Assembly: GCA_964019425.1 (NCBI GenBank)
Contig: OZ025790.1
Coordinates: 558,001 to 622,000 of the forward strand
From: Flectonema sp. DT1601
Taxonomy: Eukaryota
Direction: 5' to 3'
DNA: 64,000 nt
Position numbers and translations under genes: made by a program. This document shows positions 25,707 to 38,368 of the stretch, one piece after another (position 1 is the stretch's first letter; every line of letters begins with the position of its first letter). Under the pieces are notes generated by a model. It was given only the letters and a program-made list of their open reading frames with translations, had not been told where the DNA came from and made no database searches.

Positions 25707-27364
25707 ATGCCGCCCAAGACACGAACAAAATCGCCTGGTGGGAAGAAAGCAACGACTGGAGTAAAGCCCAGCGTGAAGCCTTCAATGGGAAAGAAAACTG
25801 CTGCAAAGCCATCGAAAAAAAGTATTGAAACACCAAAAGAGTTAACAGAAGAGACAGCTGTTGTGATATTTCAAAGGTTTGGAAGAGGATTCCTCTCAAG
25901 AATGAACACAAAGGGAAGTTATATTAAGAAGGGTGAGGAAGTGTTAAACAAACTCGAAGAGGAATGGGAAATGAAAGAATTGGAATACGACAGCAAGAGA
26001 CGTGAAGAAGAAAAAAAGATAAAAAGTGAAAGGAAATCAAAAGACCAACTGCAAGCAGAGCTTCAAGAACAGTTATTCACAGCAGCGTTTGACGGAGAAA
26101 TTGAAGACCTGCTGAAGTCTATTTCTAACAAGGCTGATGTTCATAAACAAGACGCTCACGACAACTACGCAGTCGGTGAAGCCGCCGTCAATGGTCAGGC
26201 AGAGATCATTAAGATTCTTGTTCAAGATCACGACGCTGATCCAAACTGCAAAGGAGCCTACGGCCGGACACCAATCTGGAGGGCAGCTTACAATTCTCAC
26301 AAGGACGCTATTTCAACTCTTCTCAAATTGGGAGCAGACCCTCGCGTTGAAGCCCAATCTGAATCAGCGTATGACCTCGTCTCTGGAGAAGCAAAACAAA
26401 TTCTATCTGACTGGGACGTATCAATAACCGATAGCCTACTCGCTAATCTAAGTAACATAAAACAACAGCGAGAAGAAGAGCGACTTGCCAAGGCTAAGGA
26501 AATCGCCGTGACGCTTGAGAGTGACGCGGAGGATGCGAAATCAAAGTTTGTAATATTTCAATATTTTTACTTTAATACTTTCTGTTGATCAATCAATACC
26601 ACCACAACAGGTATGATAGTATTCAGCGACAACTCTGTCACTCTAAACAAGAACTTGAAAGAAGGATTTACGAGTATGACTGTGTGTGTCATGATCCCGA
26701 CAAGGGTGACGAACTTCGTAATATCGGACTGGATTTAGTTCACAGAGCAGAGGCTGAAGTTGAACGATTAAAACAAGAAAGCAACAATCGGGAACACCAA
26801 TACCTAAATAGTAAATCCAGATTGATTCAACATTCCCAACAGGAGTTGAGTTTAGAAGAACCAGGTCACCCAACGAAATTAAAACACATCGTCGAAACAG
26901 TTTTATGTGATGCTGGTGGATTATATAAAGAATCCCCAAAGTGGCCATTAATAATTGACTACAGTGGTAGGTCTTCTGTCTTCTTACAATATCGAGACAC
27001 TAACTACATCAATACAATGCATCCTCATGTAATGGAATCAAACTATCTTCGTAGAGCTTTAATTGGTTCTCTTCGTTATGGAAAGGCTCTTGTGTTAGAC
27101 TTGAATAATGTTCCGATGCTTGACAATACCGTTCAGGCTTTTGAGAGGGTTGAGAAGGGACTTTGGGAGAAGATCATAACGAAGGAGATATTCAAGTCGT
27201 ACAGGTCGTTGATATCTCCTGACGATGGGAGGGAGTACGAAGAGAGAAACTGGTCTCCTTCTCTAATGGAAGACTTCGTAACAGTCATGTTGACCTCTTC
27301 TCGTGTCATAGAGCAACCGTTACTCGATACCTTCTTCGCTTTTCGTGTGGAAACTGACTTCTAA
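25707..27364 (+). CDS. IQ-motif and ankyrin-repeat protein (IQANK1-like); exons 25707-26545 and 26611-27364
   Basis: IQ-like IFQRFGRGFLSR; ankyrin repeats (AAFDGE, AAVNGQ, GRTPIWRAAYN); coiled coil; C-terminal WPLIIDYSG...FLQYRDTNY domain. Intron 26546-26610 joins the two ORFs in frame. Confidence 0.85.
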
Positions 27365-27567
27365 CAGCGCGACCTCATAAACTGTTAATCATTCTCCTCA
27401 TTTCCACTTTTTCGTTTATTTCAGTTACACGTTGTAACGTATTGCCTGTTATCACTTTACTTCGTGCAGTGTTTCTACACTCGTACTAAAGTCATCCTTT
27501 CTTTATTGTACACTTTACTTACGTTCCGAATGAATCGCTTGTTTCGTTTCTGTGATAAGGGAGGTCA

Positions 27568-27619
<52 letters not shown>
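27568..27619. repeat. (ATT)n microsatellite
   Basis: Tandem ATT units read directly from the sequence. Confidence 0.9.
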
Positions 27620-28350
27620 GATTTACAGCTCATGACACAACACACCTGCGAACGTTAGAAATGAATAAATTATTAACCTCCGGGGAGGAAGTGTTCTTTT
27701 TATTAACATATGAACTAACTCCCTGCGTAGTCCTCAATAATTCAATTTATTACTTATTGTTAACTCACCTCTCAGGCTAATAGATCGCCAACCATGTCTC
27801 ATTCAGAAGGATTGCCGTTAGAGTCACTGGGTAAGCTGCTCTCAGTAATTGCAATTATAACTATTATATTTATGTTACTCTGGAAGAAGTTCTGGACTCC
27901 ATACCATCAGTGGAAAGATAATTTAGATACCGGAGCTCCATTACCGAAGAGGTTTTTTAGATAGTTTTTTTTTTTCTGACCAAAAAAAAGAAAAGTGGAG
28001 AACAGAATTCTACTGACGAGAGACGTTGTAACTAATATTAAACCTTACAACTAACTACCTGACATTCATACGGCCAGTTGGCGTATTTCGCCCATGATTT
28101 GTTTAATTTCTCTCACTTTTATTAACTTCATCGGAGTGGGGGGAGTGTGTGTACAAAATTGTTTGAAGTCCATAAATGGAATCGATTGCTTGCAGAGCAT
28201 AAGGTTTAGTTCTTTATCCGTTATGTAGCTTAGTCATTCCCCCTTCGTCCTCTACTAACAGATTTATTACAATAGAGTTAGGCAAGGAAACTATTACACG
28301 AATCATACAGAGTACTCATAACAAACAGCTAACAGTCAAACAATAACAAC

Positions 28351-29309
28351 ATGGACGATGACATACCTGATGAGGATATAGTAATAATTCCTGTTAAGGA
28401 TGTCAGCGGGAAACAATTAGAAGTCTGCTGCAATAGAAAGGGGACTGTCGGGGAGTTAAAGACCTGCATCCATGAACAACATGAAGTGGAAGAGGTAAGA
28501 CAAAAAGTAATATTCAGAGGAAGGGTTTTGTTGGATTATTTAAAACTTGATGAGCAGGGAATTAGTGAAGACGCTGGAGTCCATTTAGTAATAAGCAGAG
28601 AGCGACCAGCACCACCAACTATCGTGAGACCACAACCACAACAGCCACTCATGAATGATGCAATGAGACAGGCTGCAGAACCATTCTTTCAAAGTATGCT
28701 TGATAACCCAGAAATGGTAAGATCTATGCTACTCGCAACTCAACCAGGAATGCAACGTGCCATAGATAACAACCCAGAGCTGGCTCATGCTCTTTCAGAT
28801 CCATCGACCCTCCGCCAAGCAATTGAAGTAATGAGAAACCCGACGCTATTCGCTGACATGTCTCGTAATGTAGACTTCCAATTGACTCAAGTTATGAACA
28901 TTCCTGAGGGTGCTCGAAGAGTAGAGAGTCTTATGAATGATCTGAATTCTATTGAACCGGAATTCCCAACAACTCAAACATCACACATCCCTGCTGCTCC
29001 TGCTACAGGACCACTTCCTAACCCATGGGCGGTATCTCAACCTCAGCAACCTCAACATCCTCAACAGCAGCAGCAACAACAACAACCTAATTCAGTCACA
29101 GAGGCGGTATGTCTTTTGTAAGTTATTTTTCCTTTTTTTTTTCTTCCTCCCGGTTCGTCATCAAGAAAACATTTAAAAAAAAAAAAAAACAGCTGTCATT
29201 TATGAATGCTGTTGGCCTCAACGACAGAGAAGAGAATTTATCAGCCCTCAGAGATAGCAACGGAGATGTGGATGCGGCGATTAGAAATATTTTTGATAAA
29301 CGACAGTAA
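28351..29309 (+). CDS. Ubiquilin/Dsk2-like UBL-STI1-UBA protein; exons 28351-29106 and 29193-29309
   Basis: UBL (TVGELK..I...QKVIFRGRVL.D), STI1 (NPEMVRSM, NNPELAHAL.DP, MRNP) and PLPNPW. After intron 29107-29192 comes a UBA domain (MNAVGLNDREENLSALRDSNGDVDAAI). Confidence 0.92.
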
Positions 29310-29788
29310 TAAAAATACGAAGAACAGAAAGATGTAATTATCTGATTTAAACAATCAGATCAACCTGACCACTCGCGTGATGTCTTCAATAATCGGGTGA
29401 CTTGTGTTTCACCCGTTGAGGTTAACAATAATTAAACCAACCATTTAGAACCGTAAGCAATGTCGGCTCTCCACTTTGTCTCAAGGACTTCAAGCAAACA
29501 CCCAAAAGATGTTGTTGCTGTGGAGGGTATTAAATAGTTTGCTTTGGAAATAAGAAAGAAGAGAACCCCAAACTTAACATTCGTATTCAGATTGTTAATG
29601 ACTAAAGCAAACATACAAGCGGCGTCAGAAGAGGAACAAAATAATAATAATAATAATAATAATAATGACACCAACGACCCACTTTCTCTAGCTACTGAAG
29701 TGAATGGGGATACTGTGGCTGACGGCTTTGATTATTTGAGAGGAAAAAAAAACAAATGATTAATATTTACTCTCGAAATATAAAAAAT

Positions 29789-29833
<45 letters not shown>

Positions 29834-30210
29834 CTTTTTAATTATTGTTTCATAAAATTCACACCAGAGAAAACCTTTCATTTTAGTTATCTGAAACATG
29901 CGAGCAACGACTATTTGTGTCGAGGGTGTCATGCTTACTTTTTATTATTTTAAAAAAAAAAAAAAAAAATGAAACAAACAAACAAGAATAATATTCGTCT
30001 CCTATTGGTAGCTAGTTCCGCCACGTGAGTCTGTTGTTTTTGTAGTCGTAATCTCGCTATTTCTTATTTCAGGTTATGAAGTTACTGATGTGTTGACCTC
30101 GTCTATCCTCGTCCGTATTAGTTGTTTTTATTTATTAAAACTTTACTGTATTATTCTTTGACTAGATCGGAGAAAGGTTCTAGCGAAATTCCAAAAAGTA
30201 AAGTCAGCCA

Positions 30211-30699
30211 ATGAACAGAATAACTCATCGCTTAGTTAATTATAAAATAAATAATTTTACTAAAGAAAGTCAACTCAGAAGAATGAGCGAGTCATCGTCA
30301 ACACCACCACCTGTGCAATACGTCGTAGTCAGGGAAGACTTAGCGAAGAAGATGGAATGGAGCGCTGGATCAGTAATCGCTCAGGCATGTCATTGCTCAG
30401 TAGCTGCTCTTTGGGAACACAAAGAAGAACCTCTCACAGCGGGATACCTTAGTAGTCAAAACATTGATAGCATGCATAAGGTAATTTTGAAATGTAAAAA
30501 TGAAAATGAGCTTCTCAAACTCGAGGCACAGCTCAAACAAGCGAATGTTCCTCATCGTCTTTGGATGGAGAAACCTGAAAACATCCCAACAGCTTTAGCA
30601 ACAGCAGCAGTAATTAAATCTGACGTATCGCAGTTCTTCAGAAAGGCTCAACTGTATCGTGAGATGTCCGTACTGAAGAAGGAGGAACCGAAATCCTGA
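30211..30699 (+). CDS. PTRHD1: Peptidyl-tRNA hydrolase PTH2-family protein, PTRHD1-like (true start may be the second Met)
   Basis: VQYVVVREDL, WSAGSVIAQACH, MHKVILK and LWMEKPENIPTALAT. Confidence 0.85.
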   Translation: MNRITHRLVNYKINNFTKESQLRRMSESSSTPPPVQYVVVREDLAKKMEWSAGSVIAQACHCSVAALWEHKEEPLTAGYLSSQNIDSMHKVILKCKNENELLKLEAQLKQANVPHRLWMEKPENIPTALATAAVIKSDVSQFFRKAQLYREMSVLKKEEPKS

Positions 30700-30953
30700 G
30701 GCAGACGAGTACGGAGTGCGAACAGTTTTTTGATGTTCTAATCGAGATATCGATTTCGAAGTGGTCATTCAAAAGTTAAGTAGAGAAAGTTAATCAAATC
30801 GCATTCACTTCTTTACTTCTTTCTTATCGAAATATTATAATCTGTGAGAGTTGGCATACCTGTTTGTGAAGATACTTTTTAATTATTATTATTCATCTTT
30901 TCAGAACCTCTCCCTGGAATCACTTCCTCCTCCTCCTCCTCACACAATAACAG

Positions 30954-32702
30954 ATGAGTGAGATAGTACTAATTCAGGGAAGATGGAAAGATAAAGTTGG
31001 TAACAGTTGGACTGTGAGGAATCATACTGCGGAAGCTGTCCTATTAGACTCTGGACAGGTACAGAACCATGCGATTGGTGAATCAGAAAACGGAAGAGCG
31101 CAACTGATCGATGCAGTAATTCTGTTTGTGAAAGGAGGACAGGTCGGCTGGAGTGATGGAGACATATGGACATCTTGCGATCCATCAATGCACCCTGGGT
31201 TTACAGAAGAAAAGAATGTTTCACCTGAAAGGAGAAGGCCTGTACCCTATCACCAGATTACTGATTCAGGCCCTCGGTTGCCATTATTTACCAACGGAAG
31301 ATTAAGTTCTCCATCGAAGAAGAGTCACCGTTACGAAGACCCAAACGGTAGAATTAGTCCAGGAAGGTCACCTCGACTATCAAGGAATTCACATCAATCG
31401 TCTAGAAAAGATACAAAACAAGCAAGTTATCATCAGCGAGAGATACGAAAACCGAGACAGCAATCAGCACCTTCACAACAGCGATACGAGTCAACGCGAT
31501 TACAGCAACTTCAATCAACAGATCGGACCCAACGTCAGTGGGAAAGTCAATCATCAGCATCTCAGCGTCAGTCAGAACCTCCATCAGTTGATCGACGTAG
31601 ACCCCAACCAGAACCTCCATCAGACCGACGTAAACCCCAACCAGTTGATTATCAATCTGAATCGCAATCTGTAAACCGATCCCAACGTCGGGAACTATCA
31701 CCACCACCTCGATCAGAAAGCCGAACACGAGACAAGCCAGAACACAAGCTAATGGAATCCCGCAGCTTTGCTGGGTCTCCAATACCTCAACCAGTTATTG
31801 TAGACGTTGCTGTCTCTCCTATTCGTGAAGATCGACCGATTTTGAAAGATTCTGCTTCCACTACTACTCAGATACAAACTTTTCATGAATCTCAACAAAC
31901 TAGTAGAGGGCCATCACCTGCATCAAGGGCTTGTTCTCCAATTAGTTATACTCCACAACTATTTGAGACTAGAAATATTATTATCTCTCCTCATGAAAGA
32001 GAGAAGTCACCACCACCACCACGACCACCACCACAACCACCTTCTCCACCTTTACTGTTTGCAACAACAAGCAGCTCTCAACTGTTCAGACCTGAGGTGG
32101 AAGTGGAAGTGATGGTGTCTCCTGAGCCCCCAAATCAGTTGTCGCGGGCAAATGAGATGATGTTGTTGAAAGATTTAGAAGAGAAAGAAAATCTGATCTC
32201 TTCATTAAAGACAAGACTTGATGCTCAAAGTGTTCTAATAAAAACTCTTCAGGAAGAGAAGGCAATCGCACTCAGACAAGCAGCAGCTCTGCGAAATGCT
32301 ACAGCTTCAGTTCGAACAACAACACCAACAGTGAGGGTTAGACACAGTCCGGAGCCGCCGTTACAAAGAATACCTCCAGTTCACAGGATTGCTCCGATTC
32401 CGATAAGCGTTCCGGCCCCGTTGACCTCACCACCTGTTGCTGTTCATTCTGCTTTGGAGAATATCCTGCGATCGCCTTTTCCAGAGCATCCTCCTATTTT
32501 GATCCCCGAGCCTCTTCCCGCTGTTATCACAACAACAGTGCTACACCCTTCTCCAACTCTTCTTCACACTTCAGCTACACCAACTCCGGCATCTGCTCGT
32601 TCTATATCTCCGCCTCGTCGTCTGAAGTCAGAATCTTTCAACTACCTCACAATGTCAATGTCTCCGACAGGTGGTGCGAGGCACTCACCTCTCAGAATGT
32701 GA
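30954..32702 (+). CDS. Hypothetical Pro/Ser/Arg-rich disordered protein with a short N-terminal beta domain and a coiled coil
   Basis: 582-aa open frame; N-terminal GRWKD...WSDGDIW motif; many SP sites. Confidence 0.75.
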   Translation: MSEIVLIQGRWKDKVGNSWTVRNHTAEAVLLDSGQVQNHAIGESENGRAQLIDAVILFVKGGQVGWSDGDIWTSCDPSMHPGFTEEKNVSPERRRPVPYHQITDSGPRLPLFTNGRLSSPSKKSHRYEDPNGRISPGRSPRLSRNSHQSSRKDTKQASYHQREIRKPRQQSAPSQQRYESTRLQQLQSTDRTQRQWESQSSASQRQSEPPSVDRRRPQPEPPSDRRKPQPVDYQSESQSVNRSQRRELSPPPRSESRTRDKPEHKLMESRSFAGSPIPQPVIVDVAVSPIREDRPILKDSASTTTQIQTFHESQQTSRGPSPASRACSPISYTPQLFETRNIIISPHEREKSPPPPRPPPQPPSPPLLFATTSSSQLFRPEVEVEVMVSPEPPNQLSRANEMMLLKDLEEKENLISSLKTRLDAQSVLIKTLQEEKAIALRQAAALRNATASVRTTTPTVRVRHSPEPPLQRIPPVHRIAPIPISVPAPLTSPPVAVHSALENILRSPFPEHPPILIPEPLPAVITTTVLHPSPTLLHTSATPTPASARSISPPRRLKSESFNYLTMSMSPTGGARHSPLRM

Positions 32703-32867
32703 GTGGCTTTAAAGTAGAATTGAAAATAAAAAAGGAAACAATAACTTGCAACAACTATAAGTGATATTATTATGGGAGGTCAGTTAAGACCCCGCTAGAA
32801 GTTATTTATGTTCAGATCGGTGTGAGTAATCGTTGGCTGTTAGCTTCTAAAATAGTGTTGATAGCGC

Positions 32868-33430
32868 AACTTTTTTTTTATATTTTTTCTTTAAATCATT
32901 CCACAGAGAATCTACTGGGAGAGTTCTCAGCTTAAGTTAATTTAAATCTTTTTTTTTTGCAAATCATAACCAGAACTCAGCTGTTTCTGACATGAACCTT
33001 ATCGGTTTAATAATTGATTTTTTTCCCCCAAAATATATAAAAAAAACTTTAGAAGTAGAAATCAGACTCTTCTCATTGTATTTTAGTCAGTAGTCATTCA
33101 TACTTGTAGTTGTTTGTTACATTTAATAACTTTCTTTTTTTTAATTTTTTTTTCTTTGAATCATTCCACATGGGAGAGTCTCAGCAATTTAATTTAATCT
33201 TTTTTTGCAAATCATTTTTAAATTGGTAGGACAATCATAGCCAGTACTCAGCTGTTTCTGAAACAATCGGTTTAATAATTGATATTTCTTTTCCCCAAAA
33301 ATATATAGGTTTTTTTTAGTTTTTATAAAAAAAAACTTTAGAAGTAGAAATCAGCTATCTTCTCATTGTATTTTAATGAAATGTCGGTAGTGTCATTCAT
33401 ACTTGTAGTTGTTTGTAACATTTGATAACT
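32868..33430. repeat. Imperfect tandem duplication of a 260-300 bp non-coding unit
   Basis: AATCATTCCACA, CTCAGCTGTTTCTGA, ATCGGTTTAATAATTGAT, AACTTTAGAAGTAGAAATCAG and TCATTCATACTTGTAGTTGTTTGT each occur twice in the same order. Confidence 0.9.
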
Positions 33431-33649
33431 TTTTTTTTTTTGCATGTATCTGTATTCTTTATTTTCGTTATTTGTGTTGACTTTCCCTCTCTTTTTTTCC
33501 GTTATATTAGATGTACCCCTTCCACAGAAATCCTATTCTGTTCTGGAGATAAAAAAAAATTAAAATTAAAAATTACCAGCATACGATGAAAACTTATTGA
33601 TATTATTATTCAGGTGGGGTGTTTGGGTTCCACCCCCTCTCTGTAAAAA

Positions 33650-36600
33650 ATGTTAAAGATTCAGTTAGCGTCTAAAAATGTATTGAAAGCGGTTCGAGCA
33701 AAAGATGCGGATTGGGGTCGTCAGATACTTGTTAGTGAAGCTGAGTGGAAACAGATAGGAGATATAATGATCGAAAGCAGAGATTCAAGTGCAGGTGGAG
33801 TGAACATTGACGATAATATTGTAGTTGGTATTACTAAATCACTTGAACAGTGTGATCAACTTGGAGTACTTTCATCACTCACACGAATCTTGGAGATCCT
33901 AACAGAGTTGTATCCGGATAATATTTATAGCATACCCGTAATCTCTGATGTAACTCTTGCTGTACTCAGAAAGGATAATAAACTATTGAGACGGGCGGGC
34001 CTGTCGTGGTACGCCATCGCCTTGAGAGCACATCAAAAAGCACAACTGAAATCAGCGTACGACTACTGTCTTCAAAATGACGGAGAGTTGCTACACAAGT
34101 TACTCGGTAGCGCCAGTCCAGCAGCAGTCGCGGCAGTCATTTTCAGCTCCTCTCAAGATTGGAAAACGTTCCTTCACATTAAAGATTCTGAAGAAGAAGT
34201 AACTTCTGTTATTGAAGCGCTGCCTAGTTGGAAATCTATCGCAGATGCTCTTCCGAAAACCCAAACAAAAGACGCCACTTCGAGCGGTCGTTCAAAAATG
34301 AACACCCTCTTCACTAAACTATCAGAAAGTAAAGAATCGATAACTCATTGTCATCTGTTGTTGGAAGCTTATCAAAAGTCTTACTCAAAGAAGGTATCGG
34401 ACGACAGAGTAGTCGGGTCAGAGTACAGTCGAGAACTGATGAAATTATTTTTGTTGTTGGCAATCACAATTCTCAGCTGTAAGAAAAGTGACTCCAATAT
34501 CAAAGCTGAGGCACTATTAAAAGCAATATCTGCTGTGAAGGAAAGTTATCACTCTCAGACTGATGTGCTGTACCATCACGGGTTTGGGTTTCGAATTCTG
34601 ACGCACGTTGCTCAGGAACTTCTTTCTATTTGCAACGATCAAAATAGTCACCTAGTTCTCCAATGCTCTCTACTACTTCACTCAATGTATCACAAGATAA
34701 CTGAACCATTCCACACTGAGTTACTTACACTTGCGTTAGTACCTCCAGTTGGATCAAAGAACACCAACAGAGAAGGCTTCGCTCAGATGTTAGTGACAGC
34801 TGTTTTAGATTCGTACACACAAATGCAGTCACTCGATCAGGTGGTGGAAGCTCTTTGTAAAAATGAATCACTTTTTAAAGAAAGTGAACCACCAAAGTGG
34901 TTTACTGATGTGATGCACGCGTACTTACCAAAGATGCTAGATGCTATGCCTACAGCAAAAGTTATTTTAGAATACGTGTGTAAGTATGGTTCAAATGAAG
35001 GTGCCGTAAAAACCAGATGCGTTCCAACACTTTCAAAAGTAGCATCCGGTCTTCCAATTAATGAAACCAGCGCTGTTTCTTCAGCAATGTGGATTGATAC
35101 GTTGGTATCATTCGCTTATTCGATTTTAGTGGAAATGTTTGGAAGTATTAAAAACAACACCACCTTGGGATCTGCTCTTCATTTGTATTGGGTAGCTCAG
35201 CAGGTTCTCGATTCTGCGGCAGGTTATTTCTTCACTACCGACATATTTAAATGGTCAGAAAAATCAACTGCAGCCTTTACTCTTGCTGCTAAGTTACCTC
35301 ACAAAGATGAATCAAATTCTTCAGTTCCTGACCTGCCTCTGGTATTCTTCCCTGGTTGTGCGACGGTCTATTCCATACCAGAAATATTAAACTTTGCTGG
35401 TGAGAATCCGACCAAATCAGTCGAAGCAGTGATGATAAGATTAATACACCAGCGAGTAATGCGTATCATTCAGCACTATGAGATTTTAAAGTGTAGTAGT
35501 GGAGCCATTACTGGAGATAAGGAAACTGAAAAATCACTTTCAAGAATGAAAAAGCAAATCAAAAGACTAACAGGAGTAATGTTAAACATGTGGTGCTCAT
35601 TATTAAAATCAGCTGAAAGGGAAGATGTCGATGTTATAATTAATGTGAATGAGATTCCAACTTGTCAGAATGCTGCCTGTTCAGTGACCGTTGTACTCGC
35701 TCCTGATTTGAGTAGATTTTCGGAATATGGAGAAGCTGCTATTCTCTCAGTCATAATGAAGTATTTGATGAGTATTTCTTCCATCCCTTCAGCAACTGTT
35801 AAGACACCAGCTCCTGGTCAGAATGCTGAAGAAACGATGTGGAGATGTCGATCGTTATTTAGCTGCTTTGATAAAGTTATATCAAATCCCAATCAGGGAA
35901 CTCCTCGCTCTGCTGCTGCTCACATCATCACAAACAGCAACGACGCTTTCGAGTCTGCGAAGCTGACAAACGCGATCATTGTCGCCGCCACAGACCTTCT
36001 AACTTCTACAAACCCAACACACGTCACTGCTGCTACAGCCTGGGTACTCCGTATCCCACTTGATGTACTTCCAGTTGTCGTATGTATTTTATTTCCGAAA
36101 AGTGAATCAAGAACTCACAAAAAAAAACTCTTCTTTTTAATTATATTTACAAAAACAGGACACAACGAAGTTTCTCCCCGCTATCGCTGATGCCGAGTCG
36201 AAGGAAAAGAAGATTCGAATTAAAGCAGTATGTCTTCATTCTCTTTTTATATGAAAGTGAGTTACTCGGAAGGAACCTTCTTCTAATTTTATTACGTTCT
36301 CGAAAATATAATTCGAAAAAACAACAAACAGATTCTGCGTTCAGTTCTCTCTCACATTTGTCGCAGAAGCCCTGGTTGGTGTTCCGAGTACGGAGGGGAA
36401 TTGAAAAGACTTCTCGCAGACTGTACTGGTGGAGGTGATAAGGAAATCGTCCTTTCAGTTCCAACAACGAGGCTTGCGATGGAAGTGATGAGCTGCGGGG
36501 AGCGAACTGAAGAACTTTGTTTAGAAATAGCGAACAACCCGCAGGTCGGAAAACTAACAGTTTCCAAACAGCTAATCCCTGCAGTGATCTTACAGAAGTT

Positions 36601-37927
36601 AAGTCCGGGTGAGCAACCGTACACGTTGGCAGCAGAGGTCATCGACATTCGAAAGAAGATGAAGAAACGAGGCAGGAAATCGGAAGCTACGAATGAGAAT
36701 TACGATCTCATTGGACGTCATATTATTATCAACAAGAAGTCTAGCAACTTAGAAATTGGAGTCAAGTTACTCCTGTTACGTAAAGAGCAGGTCATTTGTT
36801 CAGACCTCTCTCAGGAAGCCCTTCAGATCATTTTAAAAAGATTCGAAGAAACTTCTGCGCCAACAGAAAGTTTAATTTGGTTGACAGCAATCAGTTTAGA
36901 TACGGTACTTCCTTCATTAGCAGGGAGTGGTAGTAAGTCACACGAGAAAATAGCAGGAGAGTTCTTAACTTCTGTAATTCGAAAAATAATGAGAACTACA
37001 GAGGCACAACTCCAGTGGAACCCAAGACAGAACAACTCATCAGCGACGTTACTGTCATTAGTACTTCCTAGAATTAGTCTTCTCACTAAAACAAGAGGAC
37101 CGGTATTGACATCGATCTTCACAGAGTGTCAGGATGTGATATCTGAAAAAGTTTCTGGGGTATCAATTTCAGGTGTTTGTTCCGTTCTAAGTTCCCTCCT
37201 CATAACTTGCTCTACCGAATGTATGAGCGACTTGAAGAGTCTTCACGGAGTATTAGTAGCCGCTTTAGTTAAGTTCCATTGCTGTCTTCTTTCATCAAAA
37301 CAAAATGATATTCAGAAATGTCCGAGTCTCGGATCGTTGGTTGCAGTGATTTGTTTAGTTGAGAAGGTTGCGTTACCTGCTTCAGCGATGCCAATCATAT
37401 TGGCACTACCAGCAGCCATCCTCCGCGATACGACACAGGGGGAGGACTTCACACTGCGATTTGCAGTTGCTGACAACATCCTCAGGAACCTGCTGCTTCA
37501 CAGAGCTGGCGCTATTTCAGGTCATTGGGGTGAGTACGTTCACGCTGTTGGTGATCTCATCGACGCTTTCTTGAAATCTGAGAATGCTTCACCACAACTC
37601 GACACAGAGGGGATCTGTAGTATTGTTCGTCTTTTAGAACTCTTGGCGGGCGCTAAAAAGAGAGTTGGGATACCTGACTCAGTTCGTGAGATTATCGGAT
37701 TTCACGGAACCACATTAATTCATCGATTCTTAAATAGTGTTATCACGTATTCAGATTCTTCTAATGCTAACAATAGAGATCTGGCTCGTGGATTCAGCAG
37801 CGCAATGTCACTTTGCGGAAAGCGAACCTTCTCTACTGTTTATGCGAACATGCCTCAGTCTTATCGAATTGTTGCATCTTCGTTCCACATGCAGTGGCAG
37901 GCAAGTAGATTCCAGGGTAAGACGTAA
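33650..37927 (+). CDS. Large alpha-helical protein, probably nucleolar pre-ribosomal URB2/Npa2-like; exons 33650-36079, 36159-36227, 36332-37927
   Basis: Two GTATG...AACAG introns join three segments in frame. The protein is predominantly helical and its C-terminus (...WQASRFQGKT*) resembles the Urb2 C-terminal domain ending. The family call is tentative. Confidence 0.6.
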
Positions 37928-38368
37928 GGCACATGCTTTTCTTACTGCAGTGACAGATATTTGTTTTGTTATGAAGTTCGTGTCTGGAATTCCACCTTCA
38001 ATTATATCTGCTGGTCATCAAGAAGAACTAACTTAGAGTTGGTTGATTTCGTATTCATTTTGAAGAAGCCGTCTGGCTACAGCAGAGATTAGTTTTTTTT
38101 TTTTTTAAGAAATTTGGAAGGATAGAATAACAATCAATTTGTTTGGTACGACTTTTACGACATAATCATCAAAAAAAAGAAAAAAAAAACAAGAAAGAAT
38201 AAATAAAAGAGGGCATCACCTCATCACTTTATATGTTTTGGATCAATAGCGCTCAGTATGTGTGAAGAAGATTCTTTCCCTTCCCTTTTATTAAATTTAA
38301 TTATTTCAGTACACTTAATGATAATAATGATTGCTGACTGCAAGTTTCGATAAAAGAGAAGGGACGTG

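Noticed and set aside
29544..29759. Short ORF with an Asn run
   Set aside because: It is driven by an (AAT)n microsatellite, has a non-ATG start and shows no homology cues.
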